This document shows positions 1-12,120 of a DNA stretch of 64,000 bases, one piece after another. The stretch is from Podarcis melisellensis (taxonomy: Eukaryota). Position numbers and translations under genes: made by a program. The notes under the pieces are model-generated. The model did not search any database. It worked only from the letters and a program-made list of their open reading frames with translations, and was not told where the DNA came from. How positions within the stretch are numbered: the stretch's first letter is position 1; each line of letters opens with the position of its first letter. Location: NCBI GenBank assembly GCA_964234715.1, contig OZ174275.1; one strand, written 5' to 3'.

Positions 1-39
1 GACAATAAAGATTATCGTATTGTATTGTATTGTATCGTA
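1..39 (+). mobile_element. 3' tail of a LINE (probably Rex1/Babar), cut by the window edge
   Basis: GACAATAAAG followed by a (TATTG)n-like tail; the same GACAATAAA terminus ends the Rex1-like copy at ~59761. Confidence 0.4.
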
Positions 40-131
40 GTGCCTGCTGCCTCTATAGCACATAAGGACTACAGATTTTCAGATTCGCTGTTTTGAGGCC
101 ATTTCCTATTTGAAAGTTACCATTTATCTGA

Positions 132-269
132 GAGGCATGGTGAACATCTGGCCCTCCAGATGTTGCTGACATCCAACTCCCATCAACCCCAGCAAGTGTG
201 GCCAATGATCAGGGAAGATGGGAGTTGTAGTTCAGGAACAGCTGGAGGGCCAAAGGTCGCTCACATCTG
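132..269. mobile_element. Palindromic non-autonomous hAT-type MITE (degenerate)
   Basis: Inverted arms GGCCCTCCAGATG...AACTCCCATC / GATGGGAGTTGTAGT...CTGGAGGGCC; same family as the TSD-flanked copy at 47764-47899. Confidence 0.75.
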
Positions 270-794
270 GCTTACACTATGTGAAGGGAAGTAAACCTAT
301 TTATGTACGGTTTCCCCTCCCCCATCCCTGAGACTCTCCCAGAGTGTGTGAAAATAAACTGGGGATTATAATCTGGTTTCAAATACCACCCACACATAAT
401 AGGTTGCTATAGAACAACATAGTCTAGACTACAGTTGTGCTGCAATCAGAACGCAAGAAATAACTCACCTCCAGACTTTCAGCACATACCTGAACTTTAT
501 ATTTTTTGATGTGAAAGGACTCTGTCACCCTACCACAACAAATACACTTTAAAAAGCAGGAGTTTTGTGCATCTTGGAAAGTGATGGAGAAAAGTGTGGA
601 GCGAACAAATGACTAACAAGAAGACGTTTAAGCATTGTACAAGGATATTGGGATGAATGCAGGATGGACACTCTTTGTTATATAACCACCCTACAAACAA
701 ATCAGAGCAAATGCTCAAAAAGTGTGGATATAATCTAACCTCTGCATAAGCATTATGCAAGGAAAACAGGGTGGAGTGTTCAATAAATAAGATG

Positions 795-910
795 CTTGTT
801 CAACAGAGTTTTACTCAGAGTAGCCCCACTGAAATTAATGACCATGGCTATGTTAAGTCCATTGATTTCAATAGGTCTGGTCTGAATAAAATTCAGTTCA
901 ATACTACCCT
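795..910. repeat. Imperfect palindromic interspersed repeat (MITE-like hairpin)
   Basis: TTTTACTCAGAGTAG..ACTGAAATTAATG / CATTGATTTCAATAGGTCT..TCTGAATAAAA inverted arms. Confidence 0.5.
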
Positions 911-1171
911 GCGCCTCCTTCCCAATCCAAAATGGACTTTATATAGACACATCACTTCCCCGACCCATTCCTTGATTGTGACCAACAACACGATCCTGTT
1001 CACATCTACTCAGAAGTAATACCAGTGAGTTCCATGGGACTTACTTTAGTGGCTTACAAGTAACAAGTTTCCGTCAGATTATTCTGCTAGGAATTATCTG
1101 CTGAAAAGTTGTAACAAACAACAAACTTCATTGGACAACCAATGTATGCTTGCCTGTCAGCTGTAAAATGT

Positions 1172-1185
1172 CCACTAGAGGGCCA
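1172..1185 (+). promoter_or_regulatory. CTCF-like motif
   Basis: CCACTAGAGGGCCA resembles the CTCF core CCACYAGRKGGC. Confidence 0.35.
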
Positions 1186-1405
1186 CATGTGCACATAGTC
1201 ATACATGAGGTTGCTGCTCCATAAACAACAGCTGGAATATGCAACATCAACTCAGTAGGAAGAAGGGGGATAACTAGAACACTCATCCTTTGGCACACAT
1301 CTTCCAAAAGAGGAAGAACAATAAAACAGAATCAGAACTTCAACTCCCTGTACAATCTATTTTGGACTGAGCTGCTGGCTTACTAGAGTCTTTAAAGGCT
1401 GTCAG

Positions 1406-1407
<2 letters not shown>

Positions 1408-1439
<32 letters not shown>

Positions 1440-1449
1440 CCCCCCCCCC
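1408..1449. repeat. (CT)n microsatellite followed by a C-run
   Basis: Read directly. Confidence 0.95.
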
Positions 1450-2481
1450 GCAGAACAGGACTTTAGAGAATCTTTGCCTGCCCCATCAAAGTGCAGCCCT
1501 TTAAACCAGCTCAGTTATTTTTTTAAAAAAAATTAAGTATTGTGACTTGGTGATTAAAAACCTTTATCAAGCCCCTCTTCAGTGCAACTTTAAAGTGCAA
1601 AAACTATAGCAGCTCCAAGATCTGGTCTATTTTCAAAATCCAAAAAGTCTACTCCTCTGGGGTTGCAAATTCTGCCTTTTGCAACTGGGAAACTTTTTTG
1701 GGGGGTTGTTGTTTTTTACAGCTCCCAGCACCATTCACAATTATGTTAAAAGCTGATTGGAAAGAAAGAAAAAATCTCATCTCATCTCAAGCAACTTAAA
1801 AACTATTGCAAGAGTGTAAAAAGGAACTAGTAAAAATCCTGGAGCGTAAATTGTGAAATCTGATTTTGTTTACATGAAGAACACTTGCTGAACAATCAGT
1901 TCATTCCATAGAGGGTTAAATGAATGGAAACACACTATAAGACAACTGCAAAACAACAACAACAACACCCCACAATTACACCTGCATTATTGCCATCGGT
2001 ACTGCAAGGCAGGTAAAAACGGGCCCTTGATAAATAAACCAAGGTGAAGGCATCTTCATTCAACACATTTTCTCACCAGCAAGAAGAAACCAAAATCTGG
2101 GAACTGCAAAATTGTTTGAGGGGCCCTCCAGTCTGAACAGCCCCCAAACACACACACCCCAAATCACTGTGCAGAAACAAATAAAGACCATTAAGTGCAA
2201 ACATGAAGGCAAGATTCCCCATTAAGTCCTTCAGATGGACACCCCCAGCCTGAGTGTGGCACCAGTAGGCATCTTCTAGTGGTAGGTAAACAGGAGGACT
2301 TCCTTCTGCAAGAACTGCAGCAGTTCCTGGTGCCCCCACCACTGCTTTAGATAGAGTCTCTATTCTGGTTGTTCATCAGTGGGCAGTAGTTATAAAATAT
2401 CTCCATGGAATGTTTCCAATGCCCGTAGGAGCAAGAGAAGTGCTTGAAGCAGAGCTGACCTCTGTAGAAGAAGGGACTTGA

Positions 2482-2693
2482 TTGACAGTAAGAGCTGTTC
2501 TACAGTGGAATTTGCTGCCAAGGAGTGTGGTGGAGTCTCCTTCTTTGGAGGTCTTTAAGCAGAGGCTTGACAACCATATGTCAGGAGTGCTCTGATGGTG
2601 TTTCCTACTTGGCAGGGGGTTGGACTCGATGGCCCTTGTGGTCTCTTCCAACTCTATGATTCTATGATTCTATGATTCTATGATTCTATGATT
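2482..2693 (+). mobile_element. CR1 LINE, 5'-truncated 3' end
   Basis: CR1 ORF2 C-terminus/3'UTR (GGAGTCTCCTTCTTTGGAGGTCTTTAAGCAGAGGCTTGAC...GGTTGGACTCGATGGCC) with (ATTCTATG)n tail. Confidence 0.9.
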
Positions 2694-3772
2694 AAGACTT
2701 CAGACCTGATGCACCCTGGCATCTTCCACGTATGGACTAGTTGGAACTTGTACTGGAAACATGGTTGTTTTGATCTCCACAAACCCAGCACTCACTGCTT
2801 TCAGATGGCTGGTTGGTTGTTGAAGGACACAGACAGATCCAATATGTGCTTGTCGACTTGCATGCACCACACCACACCACTAAACAGGCCCCTGAAGACA
2901 AGCCTTGGCATTCAACATCCCATCAGCAGCTAGCATGAGGACCGTTTTGTCAAGCCTCTGGGTTGGGCTGCACATGAAATTGCTGCGTGCCAGGACCAAA
3001 GGAACCACCTGCCCTTCTTTGCAGCACATCCTGTGGCTGGACATCTTGATACAGTACTCACTCAGCCCACAGGACTCGGCACGACACAGGAGCAATACTG
3101 GAGCAGAGCATTCACAGACATCTCCAGTTCAAACACTGGATAGGCATAGCCTTTCAGCACATTACCTTTGGGAGAGCAGCAGGGGTGCTTGTTATCCTTA
3201 CCAGGCCACTCCACTCTCACCGGCCAAGTGATGATCAGACCCTCCAAAGAGCACTTTACAAGAGTACATTGGATTCTTGTAGGATCAGGGTGGAAGTTGC
3301 TCGCTCCTCGTGCAGGATGCCTTGTTCACCTCTGCTGTCTGCTCATGAAGCCTAGCTTCTCTTTCAGTATTGAACAGCAAGTCCTCTGTGGAGCCTAGCA
3401 GGTTCCAGGAAGGGTAAGTAGATGCCCTCTGCTTGGGCATGCTGGTTTTGGTGGCGATGACTGTAGTAAAAGTAGCTTGATCTTGATCTAGGTTGGATCC
3501 TGCTCCGTTGAAGGAATCCCTAGTAATGCCACCAGCAGGCAGGAATAGTAGAGGTGGGAAGACTTTAAATCAAACCTGAGCCAGAGCTGAATCCAGAGTC
3601 AGAGGGACTGCTGGAGCGTTAATACACGAGTGAATGTCTTCTGTCCAGGTGGGAACCCCTCAAAGGGGGTTGGAAGCATGTTCAGGATAGGCTAGGCTGC
3701 AGCATCTGAAACTTGGGTGCTCCATGATCTGCCCTGCTCTGGCAGGTTGAGAGAGACTGCTTATATTGAGTC

Positions 3773-3862
3773 CATAGCTGTCAACGTTTCCTTTTTTTAA
3801 AGGAAAATTCCCTTATTCTGAATAGGATTCCTCACAAGAAAAGGGAAAAGTTGACAGCTATG
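3773..3862. mobile_element. 90-bp hAT MITE
   Basis: Perfect 13-bp TIR CATAGCTGTCAAC/GTTGACAGCTATG; 8-bp TSD ATTGAGTC (3765-3772, 3863-3870). Confidence 0.92.
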
Positions 3863-4813
3863 ATTGAGTCGCAGCATAAGACCCTGCAAAGCCTCTAAAT
3901 ATGTTTCTTTGTGAATCCTGTACTGGCTTTTTATTGTGGAACATAAATGTCAAAAATAGATTTTACACATTACAGGAAACTGTACGTGTTGAAGTTAATT
4001 TGAAGCGTAAGAGGCTGCAGCAGCCTGTTGCTCAACCTATCTGGAAGTAAGTTGCTTGAGATGACTCTGAGCACTTCCTTGCCATCAATGCAAGACATGA
4101 AGAACTATTTTCTTCTGTCAGTTACGGGAAAAATATGAGCTCAGCTTGGACTTTTTTCTTCAGATAGGTAGGTGGTTCCTAAACCTTCCTATGAACACAG
4201 ACCTGAACTGGTTTAGAAATTTCCAGTTCTAAGTTTTGTTGCAGAAAGCTGCTATGCTCTTATAAACCAGAAACTATTTTATGGCTACCTATTCAAATGC
4301 AATGTCGAGATTATTGGAACTGTTTATGGCGGCATCACTTTCTATGACTCTATTAAAAGGGATATGAAGTTAAATGAGCACAGTAAAGGTGGCACACACC
4401 TTGCATACCTGATCACAAGATGGATAGCTGGCACTGCCCCTGCTGCCTGCCAGAAACTTGCAGAGGAATGCTACTACAAGGAAAGAGGATTGTTCTGCAA
4501 TGTGTGGGGACTTTTCTTGCCAGTGGCCTCGCTAATTGCTAAGCTATCTGATAACTTCTTTCTGAAAATACTTATTGATACCACTGCTGTAGGCTAGATA
4601 CACCTAAATCTTCCCTGTTCCACTTCTAGCTGACATATCGCACAAACAGAATTGATCATATCAATGTGATACATATGTGAGGTCATCAGAATGTTTAAAA
4701 ACAACAATATTCTAGGTTTTTCTGTAAAACACAGTACTATGTATTGCTGCCTTCCTTTGCCATCATTTAAAAACCTGGATGGGAAATAATGGTATTCATA
4801 TTAGCCTTAGACC

Positions 4814-5405
4814 CAGGGCCAACAAGGGGGGGGCTGGTACGAATTACTGGGCCCCAGCAGTCTGGAAGGGGGCCCCTGAGCCCGACTATCTGCATATGTT
4901 TTTTGTAATTCTGAACAATATATATATGTATATATTTCATGTTCAATGCATCCACAAGTCTGAATAATGGCTTGCGAACTTGTGCCATGAATCAAGCATG
5001 TCTGACTCTATACAAACATTCACTTCTGCGCTTTGACAGTAAGGCAATGCTGTCTCATCCTATTATGCGCAGTTGCATTTACATGTTTTCTTAAGGGAAC
5101 ATTGTACAAATGCAACAAAGCTGTTTTGTGATACACATTGTGTTATGTTACACATGCAAGTTTAATGTTTAAAGTGTATGGTTAGTTCAGCAACGACTGT
5201 GTGGGTGCTTATATTATTGATATTAGTCATTACGATCCGAATAGTCTCAACAGGTACAAAAATTATCATATTTATTATTAACATAAAAACAAGATCACAC
5301 ATTTATTTTATATCCTGTGTACAGATTTTTAATCCATCTGCCCTTGCTGTTGGGGGGGGGGCGGATATTTTTTACTGCGGCCCAAACTCACTCTCAGCAA
5401 CCTTG
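4814..5405. mobile_element. Old degenerate non-autonomous hAT-like element
   Basis: Left end CAGGGCCAACAAG; right end reverse-complements to CAAGGTTGCTGAGAG (possible CpG-decayed TIR); flanks CTTAGACC/GTCAGATC match at only 5/8. Confidence 0.35.
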
Positions 5406-6181
5406 GTCAGATCAATTAAGATTATCCAGAAGAGGGGGGGAGAGCCATTTATGGCTATAATGCCGGAAAATGTGTCTTTCTTCCTAACATGAAGGTGGAC
5501 TTTTAATCCTTAACTGTTGAGCAAAATAGTAATAGAATTCAATGAGTAATAACATACAAACAAATAGATGAAAAGCAACAGATGTATGATGGAAAGGCTG
5601 CAAAACAGATAATTCAGAGTCCTCCCTGCACATGTACAGACATTTCCCCCAAAGCTAGTAGTCTCTGCTGTAGTAGTTGAAGGTAATTCTGTTTGCTGAA
5701 AAACTGTGGTCAAGAGAACCCAAATCTCTTCATTGGAGACTTAAAACTGGGGAAGTTGTGATAAGCCGGTATGACAAAATCTGTTATCTGTACAATCTGT
5801 GCTCAGTTCCTAGAGCAAACAGTTCTGGGAATGAGAGCTTTGAGTATGAAGGAAAAGGTATAATACTTTAGGTATGCAAATAGGAAAACTCTGGGCAACA
5901 GTGAGGAGTAGCCTACTCAGTTAGGCGGACTAGAGTGATGTTGCTACCAAACCATCCAGACAGTACTGTGAATTTGAACCACTGGGGTAGAGCATGATGG
6001 AGACACTCACTAGTATCCTGAGATCTCAAACACCATTAGCGTGGGGAAACAGAAGCTGTTTCCTCAGTCCCTTCTCTCATATCATTGGAGGATAGTGGCA
6101 GATAGATTTCTCCACTTTCCGCTCCAAATAATTGAGGCTGCTAGCTTGGCAGCATGAAAAGGAGGCTTAACCAACTGATTA

Positions 6182-6423
6182 CAGTGGTAGCTCGGGTTAC
6201 ATACGCTTCAGGTTACATACGCTTTAGGCTACAGACTCCGCTAACCCAGAAATAGTGCTTCAGGTTAAGAACTTTGCTTCAGGATGAGAACAAAAATCGT
6301 GCTCTGGCGGCACGGCAGTAGCAGGAGGCCCCATTAGCTGAAGTGGTGCCTCAGGTTAAGAACAGTTTCAGGTTAAGAACAGACCTCCAGAATGAATTAA
6401 GTACTTAACCTGAGGTACCACTG
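6182..6423. mobile_element. Tc1/mariner (Tigger/pogo-like) MITE
   Basis: TIR CAGTGGTA(G/C)CTC(G/A)GGTTA, TA TSD on both sides, internal CAGGTTAAGAAC repeats; second copy at 28050-28274. Confidence 0.9.
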
Positions 6424-6789
6424 TATTCAGAATTCTGGGAAAGCAAGAAACGGTTCCATGACACAGTGCTGAGCTGGCCATTCTGTGACTTTTGCTAAGA
6501 TGAGACCTAGCAGGACAAGACTGCATGATCCTATCAGTGATAGCGGGCTGGGAAGCATGGCCATCACTCACAATGCGGGGGTGCCCAGACGCTCATGCCG
6601 TTTTCACAGAGCAAAATCATTTTCACTGAGCTGAGTCCATCCAAAAACATGTGCAATAATTAAATTATCTTTTTTTTAAAAAAATAATCACTGCATCTTC
6701 TGCACATTCAGTATGCATTATCCAATCATGTGTACCAACTATTAAGATACACAGGATATCAAATAATTAATATCAAGTATGAAACAGTA

Positions 6790-7010
6790 CCTTTATCAAG
6801 ATGGAATAGAGTCTCTGGAGACTCATGTGGCTCAAACACTACAAGTTTTAGGGGAGCTGCAAAGACTGTTTTATTTTGCCAGGTCTTGTGCCTGTTAGTT
6901 TTATTTAATTGCTTCTCACTGTTGTTGTTTTGTATTTTATTGGTTTTTAAATTGCAAACCACTTTGAAGGCTTTTTGGTGGGAAAACAAATATTAAATAT
7001 TAATAAAAAG
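6790..7010 (+). mobile_element. Degenerate L2-like LINE 3' end
   Basis: T-rich 3'UTR ending TTGCAAACCACTTTGAAGGC...AATAAA, typical of squamate L2 tails. Confidence 0.35.
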
Positions 7011-7250
7011 GAAATGCTGAAAGCAAAATGTGGGGTTTATATATTATATATTGAACCGCAAATAGCCATTGGATACCTGACAAAAGGATTCACAAGAACA
7101 TATTTGCATGGAAATGGAGCGGCCATCAACTGCTTTATTTAATATATGGAGAATGCACACTATGATCACATGGAATAGGTATCATGAGAAGTATCATAAG
7201 AAGAGAGACTTTTCTGTGCTGTACAACCATATGCTAGATAACATCTAAGG

Positions 7251-8375
7251 CAGTGTTTCCCAACCAGTGTTCCGCGGCACACTAGTGTGCCGCGAGACGT
7301 TGCCTGGTGTGCCGTGGGAGGGAGGCGGGCGAGTCGGGCGGCGAGAGGCCTTAGGCGCCCTGCAGAAAGGCGTCCTCTTTGTGGGTGGGTTCTCCCCCCT
7401 CCCTTAGCGCATCGTATTTAGTTGGGGATTCTGGAGAGGGGGGCGGGGGCGCGCTGGCCCCGAGCGGAACAGACGCGCCGTCGTCCCCACCTCCCTCTCC
7501 TCAGTAGCTCCGAGCCGACTGACTGAGGGTGGGACGCGGCCAGCGGCGTCCTCTCTCTCTCCGCCTCCCAGCACCGCTTTTCCCGAGGCGGGCGCGCGCC
7601 TAAGGCTGAATGGGAGCAGCCTGGAGGCTTGGCGGCCTCTCAGCGGCTCATGATGGGCGTCCCCGAGGCGGGAGGTGCTGAGCAGGGGCTCTGCGAGAGG
7701 GCGCGAGGGATGCGTGGTGGTGCCTGCGCGCGTGACTTAAGAGGGCGACCTGCTGCCTCTCCTCTCTCTCCCCTCCCTCCCCTCATGGGCACGGAGTCCC
7801 CGGCACAGCTTGGCGCTACTACAGCTACAGCTGCTGCTGCTCCTGCTTGGATGAAGGCGGCTGCTTCTTCCTAACGCCCAGCCTCTGAGGGACCGCAGTC
7901 TCCTGCCCTTTTTTTTTTTTGGGGCGGGATGCTGAGGTAAAGGATCCCCTCGAGCGCGCGCGGGCATCTCTTTGGGCAGGGCGCGTGTGGAGGCTTAAGG
8001 TGGGGAGTGTGGAGGGGTTGCCGCTTGCGAGGGGAGGGTTCATATTGTATTGGGCTGCGGTGTGGGCGACACGGCTCTCCAATGGCCAGCCCGCGGAGGA
8101 ACATTGAGTTGGAGCATTTCGAGGAGAGGGACAAAAGGCGCACTGAATAAAGTATTTTATAATTTTTCATATTTCTGTTTACTTACTATTTCATAATAAA
8201 GTAATTATAAAATACTTTCTTTGTGTTTATTTGATTCCTATTAAAGAGAGTTACTTTATATATAGTCAATATAGGCACAGAGTTAATTTTTTAAACATTT
8301 TCTAATGGTGGTGTGCCTCGAGATTTTTTTCATGAAACAAGTGTGCCTTTGCCCAAAAAAGGTTGGGAAACACTG
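7251..8375. mobile_element. Non-autonomous hAT transposon carrying captured host sequence (Pack-TIR-like)
   Basis: Perfect 15-bp TIR CAGTGTTTCCCAACC/GGTTGGGAAACACTG; perfect 8-bp TSD ATCTAAGG (7243-7250, 8376-8383); GTGTGCC subterminal repeats at both ends; GC/CpG-rich interior ~7320-8140. Confidence 0.95.
8082..8150 (+). pseudogene. DCLK2: Captured fragment of DCLK2 exon 1 (start codon plus ~19 codons) inside the hAT element
   Basis: Translates MASPRRNIELEHFEERDKRRTE*; recalled human DCLK2 N-terminus is MASTRSIELEHFEERDKRPRPG (12-residue identity IELEHFEERDKR); the last codons and stop appear to come from transposon-end sequence. Confidence 0.8.
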
Positions 8376-10057
8376 ATCTAAGGAACATGGCACTATGTTT
8401 GCATTTCCTGGAATCATCCTTCCTTCTGCCACATTGGGCATCTTCCTACTTACGTCCCTTACACCTATTTTATAAACCTTATGTTATCAACCATTTGTTC
8501 AGTGCCTTTACAATACAGCCAGTGTAATTCACTGAGAGAATTCAGTTCATTTAAGAACTCGCTGTTAAGAGTTGCATTTCTTTCCTCTCCTAACTCTCAC
8601 TTTCATTCTGTTTTTCCTGCTGCAATTCTTTCCCCACTTCTACCTATATTTTTTCCCCCTGTTCATATCCTGAGAAGCAATGAAATAATTAACATTCACA
8701 AGAAAGTACCATGATCGGATGTTAGACATCCGTGTTACAATAATAGAACAGGGGAGATAACTATAATTTTGCTTGGAAATGTTTTCAAAGTGTCTCCGGC
8801 CAACATCACTTTATAGCTCTACATTCAAATTTTTGACCAGGATCATTAAAGAGGATATAGCTAATGAAGACTTAATGCCTTGAGAACTTACTCTCATCCC
8901 TTCCTCTGATGTGGTCTAAGGTGAGATCTAGGGAAGCAAAATGCTTCTGACAAATAGGAGATTGCTCTGTTTTCTCCTCATCATCAGTCAGTGATAGAGT
9001 ATCACAAAGCACTGGGTTGCAAGAGATGGTGAAGGGGTCAGCATCCTCTCTAGCCAATGAAGAGACTCACATTAATTGAACTGAAGGTGAAATGATGGGA
9101 AAGATGCTTGCATCTCCTTTGCCAATGTCCACCCACCCTGGTCTTCCAGAATCCTTAATTTATTCTTTTCCCCACTCTAAGGAGAATTAATGAGGCTTGA
9201 TTTACAATTAATTCCCTGAACTGATTCTCAGTGTAAAACAAACTTATTTGGAAGTGACATCAACTGCAGACATAAACAACTAACCACTCTCAAACTTGCC
9301 TTTTTTTGGTGGGGCGGGTGTGTGTGACAGAAGGCATGAAGTTGAAACAGAAAATTAAATTTGAATACAGCATCATATATTTCACAATGCATTCCTTCTC
9401 AGTGGATAAGCCATGACAACATTGATTGTGTCTTTTCAGTCTCCTTTTCTTTGGCTCATTCCCTGGACGCTAACCATGCTATAAAAGGCACTGGGTGTAT
9501 TAGTTTCATGTGTGTGAATCTCGGATAATACATTCCAACCATAGCTTCTGACTTTTAAAAGTTCCATAGCCACGAAGTATCTCTCCTTCACACCTCTGCA
9601 ATATGAGGATACCACATGTTGGCTTTTATTCCATGGTGGGTACCATTGTCTCCTATGCAAGGATCATGAGGTAAGTACAGTACTCAGGGTTCAGAAAGGG
9701 GGCTCCATGTTGGCCACAACACTAGGTTCTGGCACACAGGCACCAACACAGCTGCATTGCTTGGAGTATTCTGTTGACTATCTGTGTGAGAGCATTGTTC
9801 CCACAGTGCAGCCGTAAAGGACCACAATGCTGGGCAGGACCACATGAACAGTCCACCCCGCAGGAGCCGCATGAACTGCTCTGAGCTCTATGGAGTGGAA
9901 GCAGCGGGAAATGTAGCACAATAATGCGTTGTGATTAAAATGATGCCTATTCGCATACTTTTGCTTAAGCTTGCGTGCATTTGTCTGGTCGCCAGTTAAA
10001 CTGGAATCTCCTGCCCCCAATATGATATCTGCTGTTATCCTAGCACCAGATTCCTTG

Positions 10058-10365
10058 CTAACTCAGTGGTATAGCACCTGCTACAGATGCACACACAAGT
10101 TCAACACCAAGGCATCTCCAGGTAGAAATGGGGAAGCCCCCGCATGAAATTCTGAAGAGGTGCTCCCAGTCACTGTAGACCAAGGAAAGAGAACTAGTGG
10201 TCCCTTGTTGGGCTACCATTCCCATCATCTCTGACCTTTGGTCATGCTGGCTGAGGCTGATGGGAGTTGGAGTCCAACTATGTCAAGAGGGATAGAAAGG
10301 CACCATCTCTGGCACTGTGCTCAATGGACCAGTGGTCGGACTCAGTATAAGATGGATGCCTAATT
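10058..10365 (+). mobile_element. tRNA-derived SINE with CR1-like tail (Squam2-like), interrupted by a palindromic MITE at ~10181-10311
   Basis: tRNA head (CTCAGTGGTATAGCA..GTTCAA), GGCATCTCCAGGTAG body, tail ATGGACCAGTGGTCGGACTCAGTATAAG. Confidence 0.65.
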
Positions 10366-11484
10366 CGGGCTGCCATGTTATTTTGTGCTTGAGCACATGT
10401 GGTGGTCATGCTTGTGTGCAGGCAGCAAAAACGTCTTTGCAAAAGTAATAAAATTCAATTAATACTTTTTAAAAAGCTTACAAAATGGTATGGTCAATAG
10501 TAAGGGACGGGAGTGATGGCCAATACAGGCTACCTGCAATTACATGGAAGCACTAGTTAATGGGCCCCTATGATATTCCTATAACCACAGTCCCAGAGGT
10601 ATATATCTGTCTATATCTCTAGCTTATTTGCTTGTTTTACTATCTCAACTGACATTCCAGCCATACAACACCCAAAACAGCTAACATCAACCATAGTACT
10701 GCAATGTTTAAAAGAAAGTATTATATAAAACTCAGTAAGTCAATTGAAATATTATTTAGCATTTATATATCAATAAGTCAATTAAAATAGTATTTAGCAT
10801 TTTCAGCTTCCAAACTGACCCACTCTCATTAAAAAGATCTTCACCTGTCATCTCAAGCCTCAGGAAAGTTGGGCATAGACAGGTTTCCCAATGGAGGAGA
10901 GGGTGCCACCACCAAGAAGGCCTGACCCTGTTTCCCGGGCAGCCTGTTATCTTTTGATCAGCAAGTAGGGGTGCATGTCACCCCATGTGGATGTCAAACC
11001 AGTATACATAAGGAAGGAGTTCTAAAGAACACTGGGAGTGCTAGCTGGGTAAAATGTGCTTTCCCCAGCAACACAATTTTCCCATTTTAAAGCTAGGAAC
11101 AAGCAGTTTCTCCCCAGTAACTGTGCTAGATGAAAGAACAACAAATGAATAACTGCAAGGCACTCTTAGCACTAAGTAAAATGTGCAGTGGAAAGGCTCT
11201 TGGAAATGTGGCTGTGCGGGCAGAATTTTTCACGTGGTCTTCTGGGTCACAGTCACAGGTTAGCAATTAGGGGAGGGGACGACAATAAGTTTTAGAAATT
11301 TAAGCAATATCCCTGAGTAAAAGAAGTGCACAAGGCACAATGTGATCTCTGATATAAGCCAATATTAGTTGAATGTTGCCTATGACCCTCAAGGACAGGA
11401 GTCTCCAGTCCCATTTGAAGCCACGAGAGGAACCAACCTGGCACACTGCAATCATACACACTTTATGTCTTGTTACCACAAAGA

Positions 11485-11545
11485 TTGACAAATTGGAAAG
11501 AGTTCAGCAGAGAGCAACCAAATGATTAAGGAGCTGGAGAGAAGG
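11485..11545 (+). mobile_element. CR1 ORF2 fragment
   Basis: Encodes DKLERVQQRAT, then after a frameshift MIKELE; a CR1 hallmark motif. Confidence 0.55.
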
Positions 11546-11939
11546 TGATTTATGGTGCATAATTTAAGTAAACAGTTTTATAGCGTCGACGGGGAGGGGG
11601 TGCTATAGGAAGGTGAAAGCCCAAGGGATGTTGGGGGGGGGGAGGGTTAGGAGAAGAGTATGCAAATATCCGAAGCAAGGAAACCCAATGAAGTCGCAAT
11701 TAATGTGACAAAATATTAAAATATGGTAGGTAAGGGCTGATGCTGTGCTAGTATCCAAGGGGGGGACGGGACAGACGACTCATGAAATAATGAGTGGTTT
11801 CCAGCAGGAACTCTCAACAGGATTCTGCCAGCTTTGGCTCAGATTATTAACCCGCACCATGTTTTATGAAGGCCATATTAGTTCATAATTTCCTGATGCT
11901 GTCACCACTCATTTGCAAGCGAACAAGTGAGAAGCAGCC

Positions 11940-12120
11940 AAAGTTCAGTAGTGGCACACATGCGTTGCACACAGGTCACGGTCTCAGTCTCTTGCATTTC
12001 CAGTTAAAAAGCAGATCAGGTAGCAGGTAACAGGAAAAGGCTTCTACCTGAGACAGGCAGACAACACTGGGCTAGATGGACAAACTGCCTGGCCTGCTAT
12101 AAGGCAGTTTCCTATTTTTC
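11940..12120 (+). mobile_element. Degenerate Squam2-like SINE
   Basis: Tail GCTAGATGGAC...TATAAGGCAGTTTCCTAT. Confidence 0.5.

Noticed and set aside
2700-3760. Possible LTR-retrotransposon remnant
   Set aside because: Composition is suggestive, but I could not identify LTR termini, a PBS or a protein motif
5150-5490. TAAT-rich stretch as an intronic enhancer
   Set aside because: Most of it appears to lie inside a degenerate hAT-like element (4814-5405), and AT richness explains the motifs
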